From the NCBI RefSeq assembly GCF_006345805.1, contig NC_043015.1, positions 40,362,001 to 40,426,000 on the forward strand: 64,000 bases of DNA, in the 5' to 3' direction. Position numbers and translations under genes: made by a program. Below the pieces are notes generated by a model, which saw only the letters and a list, made by a program, of their open reading frames with translations, ran no database searches and had not been told where the DNA came from. Of the stretch, positions 13,150 to 25,880 are shown one piece after another. Numbering within the stretch: position 1 is the first letter of the stretch; each line of letters starts with the position of its first letter. The stretch is from Octopus sinensis (taxonomy: Eukaryota).

Positions 13150-13783
13150 TATACAACACCTAATAACATTTAATTATAAAAATATAATGGTAGTGGGTAG
13201 CGATTTTCTTCACTACTTCAGGGAGTGATGACCCTGCCTGACACAAGTCCTGGGCTCAGCTGGCTCCGGCTGACAGTACCCGGTATGGTTTCCTATCCAG
13301 GGTTACAGAAAGGAGACAACCTTCAAAGAAATCCGGAGTGGAGCTCCGAAAGCGGTTTAGTGTTCAACTTGACACTCTTCCAGCAGCTCCTGCAACCAAG
13401 CTGGTGCCAAACGTAATGTTCTGCACTCCTTTGGACTACGTCAGCAAGGTCGAGAGAGAAATACTGACGATTGGGCTACCCAGGATTTTCTTACTTCTAG
13501 CCCAGGCCTGCGCAAAACTGAAGAGGACACTTCAGTGCTGCTGTAAAAAGTGGCAGCAAAAACACGGGAGGACACAGCCACAGCAGGAGATGTATTAGGA
13601 CATGAAATGTAAAAGCCAGACTAGATTATTTTATGCACAACTCCATTGTCTCCCAAGACAAAAAGATGCCAACAACAACAACAACAGGAATTAAATGGCT
13701 AGGAGGGTCCGCCCGACAAAAATAGGAATCATAAGGGGTCCAGCAGCATAATAGTGTTAAGAACCCCTGGACAAAAGGATTAA

Positions 13784-13971
13784 TAAAGATTATTCGCCAA
13801 CGTAACATGGCAGTCCTGGTTTAGGACGAATGTTGCTGTAATTTATCCCCAGGAGACATCGTCTCCAGCTGGCTATACGACACAATCTGGAAATGATGTC
13901 TCCTGGAGCTAAATTACAGCAACATTCATCCTAAACCAGGACTGCCATGTTATGTTGGTGAATAATCTTTA
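13784..13971. repeat. 85-bp inverted repeat (hairpin MITE) with 18-nt loop
   Basis: Arms 13784-13868 and 13887-13971 are complementary apart from about 7 positions. Confidence 0.92.
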
Positions 13972-14364
13972 CTCCAAAGTACCGTTGCTGAATATCTCTT
14001 GTTGTGAGATTTACAAAAAGGATTAATATTTCAATGCCTGCCTGTTATTTTACATGGGTTGGATAAGTTTACAAAGCTCAACACTGCCTGATCTATCCTT
14101 ACCACTTCTCTTAACCCTTCTTGGCTTGCTCCTATATCACGATCCCCATCGCCACCACCTTCACCACTACTTTGGTCGACTCATGACATTTCTTTATCCA
14201 TAGCAACACAACCAGCTTCTCCTTCCTCAGCCAAACCACATTCTCTTTTATTCTCTCTACCTGCCACCGTCTTCACTCATTGGACTGCAGCCATTCCTTC
14301 TTGGGTTCAGTCAATCAACTCCAGGGCTTGCTTATCTGTTTATTTTTTTTTTAGTTTTTAAGTG

Positions 14365-14965
14365 TGGTATTTATTCTATCTTTTGCCGAGCTGCTAAGTA
14401 ATGTGGACATAAACAAACCAACGTTGGTTGTCAAGTGGAGGGTGAAACAAGCACAAAGACGCATGCACACATGTTTGTGTGTTTGTGATTGTATTTGTGT
14501 GTGTGTGTACAGCTTGTGCTGCATTTCAGGTTTTATCTTTTAATCTTTTACCTGTTTCAGTCATTCGACTACAGCCATGCTGGAGCACAGCCTGGGAAAG
14601 GTTTTAGCCAAACGAACAGCCCCCCCCCCAGTACTTATTATTTTCAAGCCTGGTACTTATTCTTGTCCAACCCCTACATTATGGAGACGTAAACAAACCA
14701 ACACCGGTTGTCAAACAGTGGTGTGGGACAAACACACGCATATACATATACTCTCTTTACTCTTTTACTTGTTTCAGTCATTTGACTGCGGCCATGCTGG
14801 AGCACCGCCTTTAGTCGAGCAAATCGACCCCAGGACTTATTCTTTGTAAGCCTAGTACTTATTCTGTCGGTCTCTTTTGCTGAACTGCTAAGTGACGGGG
14901 ACGTAAACACACCAGCACCGGTTGACAAGCGATGTTGGGGAACAAACACAGACACACAAACATAT

Positions 14966-15036
<71 letters not shown>

Positions 15037-15385
15037 ACAGGCTTCTTTCAGTTTCCGTCTACCAAATCCACTCACAGGCTTTGGTCAGCCTGAGGCTATA
15101 GTAGAAGACACTTGCCCAAGGTTCCACACAGTGGGAATGAACCCGGAACCATGTGGTTGGTAAGCAAGCTACTTACCACACAGCCACTCCTGCACCTATA
15201 TATACATACATGTATGTATGTATGTATGTATGTATGTACGTACACCTACCAAATCCACTCACAAGGCTTTGGTCAGCCTGGGGTTATAGCAGAGGAGACT
15301 TGCCCAAGGTACCACACAGTGGGATTGAACCTGAAACCATGTGATTAAGGAACAAGCTTCTTACCACATAGCCATGCCTGCTCCA
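14365..15385 (-). mobile_element. Cluster of SINE family A copies (one near full length at 14752-15198, plus partials)
   Basis: Repeated cagtcatt(t/c)gactgcggccatgctggagcac and ccaaatccactcacaaggctttggtc segments. Confidence 0.9.
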
Positions 15386-16132
15386 TATTTCAATAAGATG
15401 TTTATTCATATTTCAGTAGAATATTTCTCCGGTTTCCCCTTAGGGTCAAATCCTTCATTTTAAACCATTACGAAGACCTAAAAGTTAAGCAACCATTACT
15501 GCTTGAAGAACATCTTGGTGACTGCCAGCCAGACAGCCAACCAGCCAGCCACCCTGCCAGCCAGCCAGCCATTCCTTCCACCTCACCACTTCCTATAATA
15601 TCTGTCTTTGTTCTTCATTCAGGTCAAGGCAGCACCGGTATCCTGTCTAACCCTTTCCCTCCTTCACCATTCCAGCCTTCTCTGTGTTGGAGGTATTCTT
15701 CTAAAACTCTGGTGCCACTCTTTTAATTAGAAACAAATCTGAGAACAATAATAAATTTCTCATATTCAAGAATGTTCTAAAATTATGAATCAAGTGTTGA
15801 AGACTTAGTTTGTCTTTGAGTAAAAACAACAAACACTGTTTGCAATTGTGTTGAAGGAATCAAGGTCATTGCAGTAATTATAGCGAGAGGGGAACTTTAA
15901 GAACTGGTAAACTGGTGACGCAGCATTCTTTCTCTTCTGCCATTCAACATGTACTTTTTTTAGATGTCAATCTGATATTTCCAAAGTCCTAATCAAGATT
16001 TCTTACAACACAACGTTGGCGCATATTTAGTTCGTTAATCTCTTCATTAGCATATTTCTTTTGAAATACATTGCCATTGCTTCAATTAATTTGGAAAATA
16101 ACAAAGAATTTCATTAAATAACTCAGTTATTA

Positions 16133-16990
16133 TTAACCCTTTCATTAGCAACCCGGCTGAAACTGTCTCTGGCTCTGTAGTACAAATGTCTTGTTTTCAT
16201 AAGTTTTGAATTGTGAAGAACATATGGGATGTTGGCAAGAAATATCATAAAGTGATATTGTGTGATATCCTTTGCGATATCTTAACGGGGGATTTTTTTT
16301 GGTGGGGGGGGGTCATCAATTTTTAATTACTTCCCCTATTTCCTTTCATTATCACCCTTTTTCTTACCCTCCCCCACCCAACTTCAATAACGTCCACATG
16401 GCGTTGTTACGTCATTTACATGTAGCCTTACACATCCAGAAACCACTTGTGACACCATCTTTGCTAAATTGAGATGTCACATTCTGGTGTCATATCGAGG
16501 TGTCACATTAACATGCCACATTAGGGCTACACAATGTGGAGACAAACTGCAGTGCCACCCTGAGATACCACATTAACCCTTTCGTTACCAACCCGGCTGA
16601 AACCGGCTCTGGTTCTGTAGTACAAATGTCTTGTTTCCATAAGTTTTGAATTAAAATCTTCCACCAAACCTTAGTCACAATTTATGTTCCTAACACTAGC
16701 TTAACGATAACTAAGTTATTTTACTAAATTCTTTGTTATATTTAAAATTAATTGAAAGAAACACAGAGCATCTCAACAGAAATACGGCAACAAAAGGGTT
16801 AACAAATGATTAAGAATGACAGGTGACAAAATTGTTTAACCCTTTTCATAACCAACCCGGCTGAAACCATTTCTGGCTCTGTAGTACAAATGTCTTGTTT
16901 CCATAAGTTTTGAATTAAAATCTTCCACCAAACCTTGGTCACAATTTATGTTCCTAACACTAGCTTAATGATAACTAAGTTATTTTACTC
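16133..16990 (+). mobile_element. MITE family E cluster: partial 16133-16211, complete 16573-16802, truncated 16836-16990
   Basis: TTAA-ccctttcgttaccaacccggctgaaacc...caaaaggg-TTAA. Confidence 0.88.
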
Positions 16991-17418
16991 AATAAGATGA
17001 TGCAGGATTAATTCAAAACTATGAATAGCTAAGAATTACATTTGGCAATACTTTACTTAGCGTTGCTCCAGTTCTCTCAGCTGTAGAAATGAGTTGCGAC
17101 ATCACAGATGCCAAGCTGTATCAGCCTCTTTACTTTTCTCTTGGATAACATCAGTGACATGGAGAGGAGGGGCTGGTATGCATGGGTGACTGCTGGTCTT
17201 CCATAAACAACCTTGCCTGGACTTCTGCCTCAGAAGGAAACTTTCTAGGTGCAGTTTCGTGGTCATTCATGACCGATGGAGGTCTTTACCTTTTTTACAT
17301 TTGACAGAGGAATCTGAAAGCTAAAGGGGTAAAAGTCCCCCCCACTCACTCTCTCTCTCTCCCTCTTTCTCTCTCTCTTCTCCTGTCATTTACATTAGTT
17401 CTTCTCTGAACCTACCAG

Positions 17419-17419
17419 C

Positions 17420-17451
<32 letters not shown>

Positions 17452-17645
17452 GGTGGTGGTGGTGGTGTTTGTGGTGGTGGTGGTGGTGGTGATGGTGGTG
17501 GTGGTGGTGGTGGTGGTGGTGGTGGTGTTTGTGGTGGTGGTGGTGGTGGTGATGGTGGTGGTGGTGGTGGTGGTGGTGGTGCTGCTGGTGCTGGTGGTGG
17601 TGGTGGTGGTGGTGGTGGTGGTGGTGGTGGCGGTGGCGGTGGTGA
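17419..17645. repeat. (GGT)n array containing an exact 60-bp internal duplication
   Basis: 17461-17520 is identical to 17521-17580. Confidence 0.9.
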
Positions 17646-18807
17646 AGATTATTATAATTTCAAAATAATGGTATCACCAATGCTGCAACCCCAGTAGCAT
17701 TGTAACCTGTACAGAGCTTGAGGCACGAACATCACGACATCGCAACATTCCATTTCTGACCACCACCACCCACTATTACTGCCATCCTCCTCACCATTCT
17801 CTAAGACTTCCTGTCTACTTGTCAGGAAGTAGTTATTTACTTCACTTCCTCTCCTACCCCCCACCCACCCACTCGCCTACCTAACCTACCCATCCACCCT
17901 CCTCTTACACCCCCCCCCGTTGGCTACCCCCACTCTACATCTACCTCCCACCTCTACCCTGTGTTTTGTTGTGGGAGGAAGTGGGGACAGAAGGAGGTGG
18001 GGTGGAGGGGTATCTACCCTTGACCTTTCCTTTAGGTGTGGTCAATTAAGTTACATCATCCACAACTGACTTCCTCAACACACACACACACATACACATA
18101 CACAAATATGTATATATACACACACACACATACATACATATAAGCACACATATATACTAAACACACACACACACACATATACATTAACACATGCATATCT
18201 ATGTGTGTGACATATATATATATATATACACATACATACATAAGTATAAACACAACCATATGTATTTGCACACACACACACACGCACACACACACATACA
18301 CACTCATACACACAAACATTTCCCTCTTTCTCTTCTACTACCACCACCACCACCGCCGCCGCCACCACCCACCCACCCACTCCCACCTAATAGTCTCTCT
18401 TAGACAAGCTGTGTATATGCATGTTTACATATATGTAGGCCAGTGTGTATATTTTGGAAAGGAAATGTTAAGTGCACTCTCACCACGACCACCACCCACT
18501 ACACTCATAAATTGTCCTTAATTATCAACACAAATTCTCCGTATATATACAGACGCATGTACACACGTTTTTATAATTCTCCTGTACATATGTGTATAAC
18601 ACATAACTAAATGTCTATGATATATTTTCCTATGTATGTTATCAACGCATATATACATATATGGATGTGTGTTGATAAACGCACGTTGTGCAGGTGTGTG
18701 TATACATACGCATACAAAATGTGGCAGTCTGATGGTTGCAACAATGGAACGGCCTTCTGATGAAGTTAATGTGGAAGTGCTTGAGTATTCCACAGACACA
18801 CGTACCC

Positions 18808-19037
18808 TTAACCCTTTTGTTACCATATTTCTGTTCAGATGCTCTGTGTTTCTTTCAATTAATTTTGAAATTAACAAAGAATTTAGTAAAATAACTTAGT
18901 TATCATTAAGCTATTGTTAGGAACATAAATTGTGACTAAGGCTTGGTGGAAGATTTTAATTCAAAACTTATGAAAACAAGGCATTTGTACTACAGAGCCA
19001 GAGGCGTTTTCAGACGGGTTGGTAATGAAAGGGTTAA
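18808..19037 (-). mobile_element. TTAA-flanked MITE family E, complete
   Basis: TTAA at both ends; TIR ccct(t)ttgttacca / tggtaatgaaaggg. Confidence 0.88.
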
Positions 19038-19163
19038 CGTAGTTCTCCCTTATATACAAGGCATCGTCAATTGATGTCTGCCCTCCATGCTGGCCTGGGT
19101 TGGACGGGTTGTCAGGAGCTGGCCAGGCAGAGGACTGCCCCAAATACACACACACACACACAT

Positions 19164-19197
<34 letters not shown>

Positions 19198-19214
19198 CTG
19201 GAATATATATCTGG

Positions 19215-19253
<39 letters not shown>

Positions 19254-19335
19254 ATGTATGTATGTATATGTATGTATGTATATGTTGTTTCAATTAGCTA
19301 TTTAGTATCTAGATCAACAGATAAATTTGTCAATG

Positions 19336-19408
19336 AACTGTTTAGCTTAATGGTAAAGCACTCAACTGGAGTCTTAGGGGATGTGAGTTCAAATCCCATT
19401 GTTGGTTG
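19336..19408 (+). pseudogene. Decayed tRNA-like sequence (tRNA pseudogene or solo SINE head)
   Basis: TAGCTTAATGGTAAAGC gives an intact D stem GCTT/AAGC, and the B box GAGTTCAAATCC is present. Acceptor and anticodon stems are mismatched. Confidence 0.45.
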
Positions 19409-19887
19409 GTGACAAATTTTTCCACCTTTTTTTTTAACCCAGCATTTCTGCTATTCTGATGGCAATTCTGCGTTCGAAAAAGTATCTTCTTGTTTGCATC
19501 GTACAATATACATTTCAACGCTTGTAATAAAACAAATGTTCCTTTGTTTATATATATGTATATATATAAATCAATAAATGGTGGGGTTGTGTTGTTTTTC
19601 CCCCTCCTCAATCATAAAAAATTTTTTCTTTTCACCCTACAATTCTTGAAAAGTCACATTGTGACGAAACCGGTTTGAATTAATATATATATATTTTGTT
19701 GATTTTTCAAAATTTTCCATACACCCATTTTCATTAAAATTTACCCTCAATTTAGCATTCTGCCTTTTTATAATTTTTCCTTGCCTATATATAAATATAT
19801 ATATATATATATATTATGTGTAAGTACCACACATATATACATTTTCTTCATAGTTTGTTAATGACAAATTGTTCTTTTATATTGCAG

Positions 19888-20262
19888 AAGCGAAGAACTC
19901 TTCGACAGACCTTGCAGAAACAGAGGGAAGCTGAACAGAAACTGAGTCAGTTTTCGAAAATGACGCCAATCACAACTCCAACGTCAATGAATCCTACAGC
20001 CCTATCAGTAGGGACTCCAGCTGGGGTGATAGTGGGAGGCATGAGCCAGACACACCCGACCCCACCGAAGCCTGCCGTCCTCCTGCAGCGGGGCAACAGC
20101 CAGACCTGTGGAGCACCATATCCAAGCGATGCCGAGACTATGGGAAACGTAACCGGGAGTAGTCGTCCAGTAACGCCAGGTCCCGAAGCATCTGTGCCAA
20201 CTTACCCGATGGTTTCGGATAGCACCTATGCCAACCCGGCGCATTTGGACGACATTCTATAA
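19888..20262 (+). CDS. GRIN1: Terminal coding exon B, likely NMDA receptor GluN1 distal C-terminus (KRRTLRQTLQKQREAEQKLSQF...YANPAHLDDIL*)
   Basis: Acceptor gttcttttatattgcag|AAG, 124 codons plus TAA, non-repetitive and GC-elevated. KRRTLRQTLQKQRE aligns with the recalled Drosophila Nmdar1 KRKTIRASLAMQRQ. That this is a coding exon is better supported than the gene identity. Confidence 0.72.
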   Translation, partial: KRRTLRQTLQKQREAEQKLSQFSKMTPITTPTSMNPTALSVGTPAGVIVGGMSQTHPTPPKPAVLLQRGNSQTCGAPYPSDAETMGNVTGSSRPVTPGPEASVPTYPMVSDSTYANPAHLDDIL

Positions 20263-20519
20263 ATGGCAGCAGTTCTAAAAATTTAGGTGGTGCCTGTTGG
20301 AAACTCTTGGTCTTTCTACCATCCCTACCATCCCAATGGTTCTTCAGCAAACATTGGAACCAATTTTTTTACATAAATTCTTATAAAGGAATGCAGCCAA
20401 TCATTTATATATTTATTCATCTATGGTTTTTTTTTTGTTTGTTTTGTTTGTTTTCATCTCCCAAGTTTGATTTTGAAGACAGAAAACTGGGAGATGAGAC
20501 ATGAACAAGATATCTAAGT

Positions 20520-21130
20520 AAAATATGACAGACAGTAAAAGAAAATATATATACACATACATACATTTATATATATATATATAATATATATATATATATA
20601 TAAACATATACATATATATATAAACATATACATATATATATAAACATATATATATATATATATAAACATATACATGTATGTATACATATATATATATACA
20701 TACATGTATATATTTTATACACACATGCACACACAGACTTATATGTTCTTATTTACACACATTAACTTTTGTATATACATATATGTACACATGCTTATAT
20801 ATACATATATGTATACCTATACTTATATATACACATGTATATACACACGCATATATACACACACACACATATATATATATACAACCGAGTTGTATGTATG
20901 TATATATATATACATATATTCTTATATATGTGTACCTGTATATATACGCATATATATATTTCTGTATCTGCGTATATATACATATATGTGAGTGTGCGCA
21001 CAAACACGCACTCACACACACATCCTCATGCACACCTATATAACCTATACACACACACATACATGCACACATACACAATTTTTGTCTCGGTGTGTATATA
21101 CCCGTGTATATACTTATACGTTACGTGTCT
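20520..21130. repeat. (TA)/(CA) low-complexity tract, probably within the exon B 3' UTR
   Basis: Direct reading; source of the many YI/CV-repeat ORFs. Confidence 0.9.
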
Positions 21131-21706
21131 GTATATATGCTTCAAGACATTTTTATTACCACAAGAAAAGAAACAAAGTTACTGAGACTTCTTTGTTGAT
21201 ATTTCAAAAAAATAATTCAACTGCTCCAGATTTTCTCAGTGGAATCTGGAACATTCTCTGAGAAAATATGGTCTGCAAACACAGAATTTTTTACAAAGAC
21301 CTTCAGAAATATGACAAATAACTGGGAATAATAAGTTGTTTCATGACATTTTCTCCTCCGTTAACTTTGAGTTTTCCTACCTTATTCTTCCTCATCAGCA
21401 AACACGAGAAGTTTTTCAGTCGGCACTAAGTGCTGATCATGTGAGACAACACTCTGTTTCCTACACTTGCATAACAGTTACATAATATGCTCATTTATCA
21501 CACATTACCTGGGTCTTAATGTTTCTAGTCCTCCAGATTTGTGAGAATAAGATATACCAATACAAGAGAACCCAGTGAGTGTATATTGCACAATTGTTAT
21601 GCAACTGCATGGAACAGACTGCAGCCTGATGAGTTCTTAGCACCTGAATGTACAGAGACACAAACGTGTGTATACGTGTGTGTGAATACACATATGCATT
21701 TATATA

Positions 21707-21740
<34 letters not shown>

Positions 21741-22494
21741 TGCACACACACATATACCATTATATATTATCCCTGTAAATAAGAGTCAACCATTTATTTG
21801 ACTGAGGCATGTTCAACCTTACCTGTGTTATTTATATCATGTTATATTGTTGGGTCTTTAATGCCCCAACACCCTCACACACACACACACACCATTCCCT
21901 TATTCCTTCCCCACACCTACTATCATCCATCTCTGGAATGTTACACCTATATATATATATTATTCAAGGAGTATAGTATTAAATATCCATCAAACCTGGT
22001 CTTACCAATCGGTTTCATGTAAAGAGTTACAATGGAGTGTTAGGTAACAAACCAATTATGTAACTTTACGCTCATCAGAGTTAGCCGATATGGAAAGGAA
22101 TATATATATATGTATGTATGTATGTATTATATATATATTTGTCACACCTAGGCAAACAAGTGTGTGTCGCTCATAAATTTGCCCCCAGTGGCTAATGCAT
22201 TGCTCTGTCAACCCTGGTATACTGAGATCAAATCCACATGATAATATTTCATGTTTCATTATCCTCCTGTGGCCCTGAATCAGGTCTGTTCACCTTATAA
22301 ATGGGGAACTCAACTCCTTGGTGAATTACTCCTTCCCCCCATTCTCTCTCTCTCCTCAACCACTCACATTGGTACATACACACACACACCCGCATTCATA
22401 CATACATACATTCATACATACACACATACATTCATTCATACACATACAAACACACACACACAATGTTTATTAAAACAATTATCATCAACCACAC

Positions 22495-22597
22495 TACAAC
22501 CACCACCACCACAACAGTGATTACCATCAACACTACAACCACAAGAACAACAACTGCTACTACTATTACTACCACTACTACTACTGCTGCTGCTGCA

Positions 22598-22634
<37 letters not shown>

Positions 22635-22684
22635 TTACTACTACTACTACTACTACTACCACTACTACCACTACTACTACTACC

Positions 22685-22715
<31 letters not shown>

Positions 22716-22740
22716 ATACTACTACTACTACTACTACCCA
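22495..22740. repeat. (ACT/ACC)n trinucleotide array
   Basis: Direct reading. Confidence 0.92.
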
Positions 22741-23369
22741 TAAAACATCCCTGACTACAGTAACAGTGTGGCCACTACCCCGACCAACATCACAATAACA
22801 ACAACAACAACACAACAACAAACTCAGTACAACTTTGTGGCTGTCCACCCCTTTTACTGTATGACAACAGAAGGGTGGAACATTTGGGGGGGTGGTTACC
22901 TCCCCACCTCACCCACCCCGTCACTACCACCCTGCACACCTACACACCGCGGAGGTTGGGAGGGGGGTGGATGAGTTTTTTTTTTTTACTTTTATTTTTG
23001 TTTTGTTTTGTTTTGTTTTTTTTTCTGTCAAAGCCTAAAACCTAAAGAATATTGGGGCAGGCCTTAGAGTTCTTTCCTTCCTCTAACCACCACCACCACC
23101 ACCACCATCATCATCATCGTCATCATCATCATTTCACACCTGATCTTTGCTCTGTTTGCACAGACTGGGGACCCCTTCCTCCTCCCCCCCCCCACCCGCG
23201 CCTCCGCCATCTCCCCCACCTGTTTGCAGCAGTTCTTTGTTTTGCCATATTCTTTTCCCTTCTTCCACAGGTTTCTTTCTGCCATTTGGATCCACCACTT
23301 TCCCTTTCTCTACCCAATTGTCAACCAATATATCATGCAGCCTCTCACACTACCCCCTCCCTCCCCCCC

Positions 23370-23708
23370 CCTCTCTCTCTCTCTCCCTCTTTCTGTTTCC
23401 CTCTCTCTCTCTTTCTCTCTCACCCTCTCTCTTCCTCTGTCTCCCTCTCTCCTTCCCCTCTCCTTCTTCGTCTTCCTCTCTCTTTCTGTCTCCCTCTTTC
23501 CTTTCCTTCTCTTTCTCTTTCTCACTTTCTCCCTTTCTCTGTCTTCTTCTCCCTCTCTTTCTCTCTCCCCCTCTCTCTTTCTCTGTCTCCTCTCCTTCCC
23601 CTCTCTCCCCCTCTCTCTTTCTCTGTCTCCTCTCTCCCCCTCTCTCTTTCTCTCTCCCCCTCTCTCTTTCTCTGTCTCCTCTCCTTCCCCTCTCTCCCCC
23701 TCTCTCTA
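23370..23708. repeat. CT-rich polypyrimidine tract with internal higher-order repeats
   Basis: ccccctctctctttctctgtctcctct recurs several times. Confidence 0.9.
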
Positions 23709-23817
23709 ACACATTACATCTGATTGTGCTTAAATCCAGTTTTCCTTTCACTTCATTTTTACACATATACACCACACACACACATGCACATTCACCCACA
23801 CACAGACACACACTCAT

Positions 23818-23851
<34 letters not shown>

Positions 23852-23948
23852 GTATATGTAGAAAAATGTATAAACACATAGACAGACAGACAGACACGTA
23901 CACACACACACACACACAACACACACACACACGCTGTCTATTGTACCT

Positions 23949-23988
<40 letters not shown>

Positions 23989-24557
23989 TGTGGCAGTGGT
24001 GTAGGAAAAAAAAAAGATTGGTGTTTCACCCCCACACCCCTCCCCTGGACCCTGGATTTCTTGATGTTTGGTGGGAACTGTTCTTCTGACACTTTCTTAA
24101 AAGAAAGCAGACAGACACCCCACCACCACCACCAACACCACCACCAAATAGTGTGTTAAGGAAGACGGTGGTGGCGGTGATGGTGGTGGTGGTGGTGGCT
24201 GCGGCGGCGGGGTAATGAAGAAAGTTTGTTTCTACACAGAGGAGAGGAAGGGGGAGGTAACTGATGTCTTATGTCACTTTTTTTCTTCAGTTTTACAGCC
24301 TGGGTGTTTCCTAATTAGGTTAAATAAACATCGGTGTGGGGGTGGGGGTGCCGGTGGTGACAGTGCACTTCATCTATCTTCTCCTTCTTTCACACACACA
24401 CATAATATATTTTAAAAGCTCCTTCTTCTACCCATGTTTCTCTCTAACCAGCCATCTCCTTGACTCTGGTTGACAATCTATCAACTCCATTCTCTTTAGC
24501 CATCCATCTATCTATTTATCTGTCTGGTTGTCAATCTCTCTCCCTCCCTTTCTCTCT

Positions 24558-24606
24558 CTCTCTCTGCTTCTCTCTCTATCTATCTATCTATCCATCCATC
24601 TATCTA

Positions 24607-24658
<52 letters not shown>

Positions 24659-24659
24659 C

Positions 24660-24703
<44 letters not shown>

Positions 24704-24712
24704 GTCTATCTG

Positions 24713-24787
<75 letters not shown>

Positions 24788-24890
24788 GTCTATCTATCTC
24801 TCTCTCTCTGTCTATCTATCTGCGTATCAATCTATCTATCTATCCATCTATCTGTCTATCTGTCTACCCATCTATCTGTCTATCTGTCTG

Positions 24891-24945
<55 letters not shown>

Positions 24946-25131
24946 CTCTGTCTATCTATCTATCTGTCTATCTATCTCTCTCTCTCTCTCTCTATCTATC
25001 TGCGTATCAATCTATCTATCTATCCATCTATCTGTCTATCTACCTACCTACCAATCCATCTATCTATCTGTCTATCTATCTATCTATCGATCTATCTATC
25101 TATCTACCTATCTACCTACCTACCTATCTAC

Positions 25132-25174
<43 letters not shown>

Positions 25175-25198
25175 CCTACCTACCTACCTATCTATCTA

Positions 25199-25246
<48 letters not shown>

Positions 25247-25247
25247 G
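24558..25247. repeat. Compound (TATC)n microsatellite with an internal segmental duplication
   Basis: ctatctatctgcgtatcaatctatctatctatccatctatctgtctatct occurs near 24810 and near 24990. Confidence 0.95.
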
Positions 25248-25630
25248 TTAGTAGACATCTAAACAAGCTGAGACTCCCAATCTCTCCACTGCCTCCTTCC
25301 CCTCCTTCCCCTCCTTCGCCTCCTCTCCACCTTCCCTGTCTCCACTCCTCAGTCTGAGTCCGCTTGTCATTAAGTTAGGGACACATTTGCTTGTAGTCAT
25401 GACAACAGGGCTGCCAATCCATCAACTGTCACTCTAAATAGCTTTACACGAGCACACACACACACACACACACACAACACACACACTGTATAACGGTAGA
25501 TGGCGGAGGGGGGCGGAGGAAGGATAGAAGGGACATGATGGTGGTGATGATGATGATGATCGTCATCGTCGTCGTCATCATCATCATTGATTTCTCCTGA
25601 TGTCTGGAACCATCCTTTGGTCAACTGCTG

Positions 25631-25880
25631 CACACACATGCACCCATACACACACACAAGCACCCATACACACACACATGCACCCATACACACACATGCA
25701 CCCATACACACACACATGCACCCATACACACACACATGCACCCATACACACACACGTGCACCCATACACACACACATGCACCCATACACACACACATGCA
25801 CCCATACACACACACATGCATCCATACACACACACATGCACCCATACACACACACATGCACCCATACACACACACGTGCA
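25631..25880. repeat. 20-bp minisatellite (cacccatacacacacacatg), about 12 copies
   Basis: Direct reading. Confidence 0.95.
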
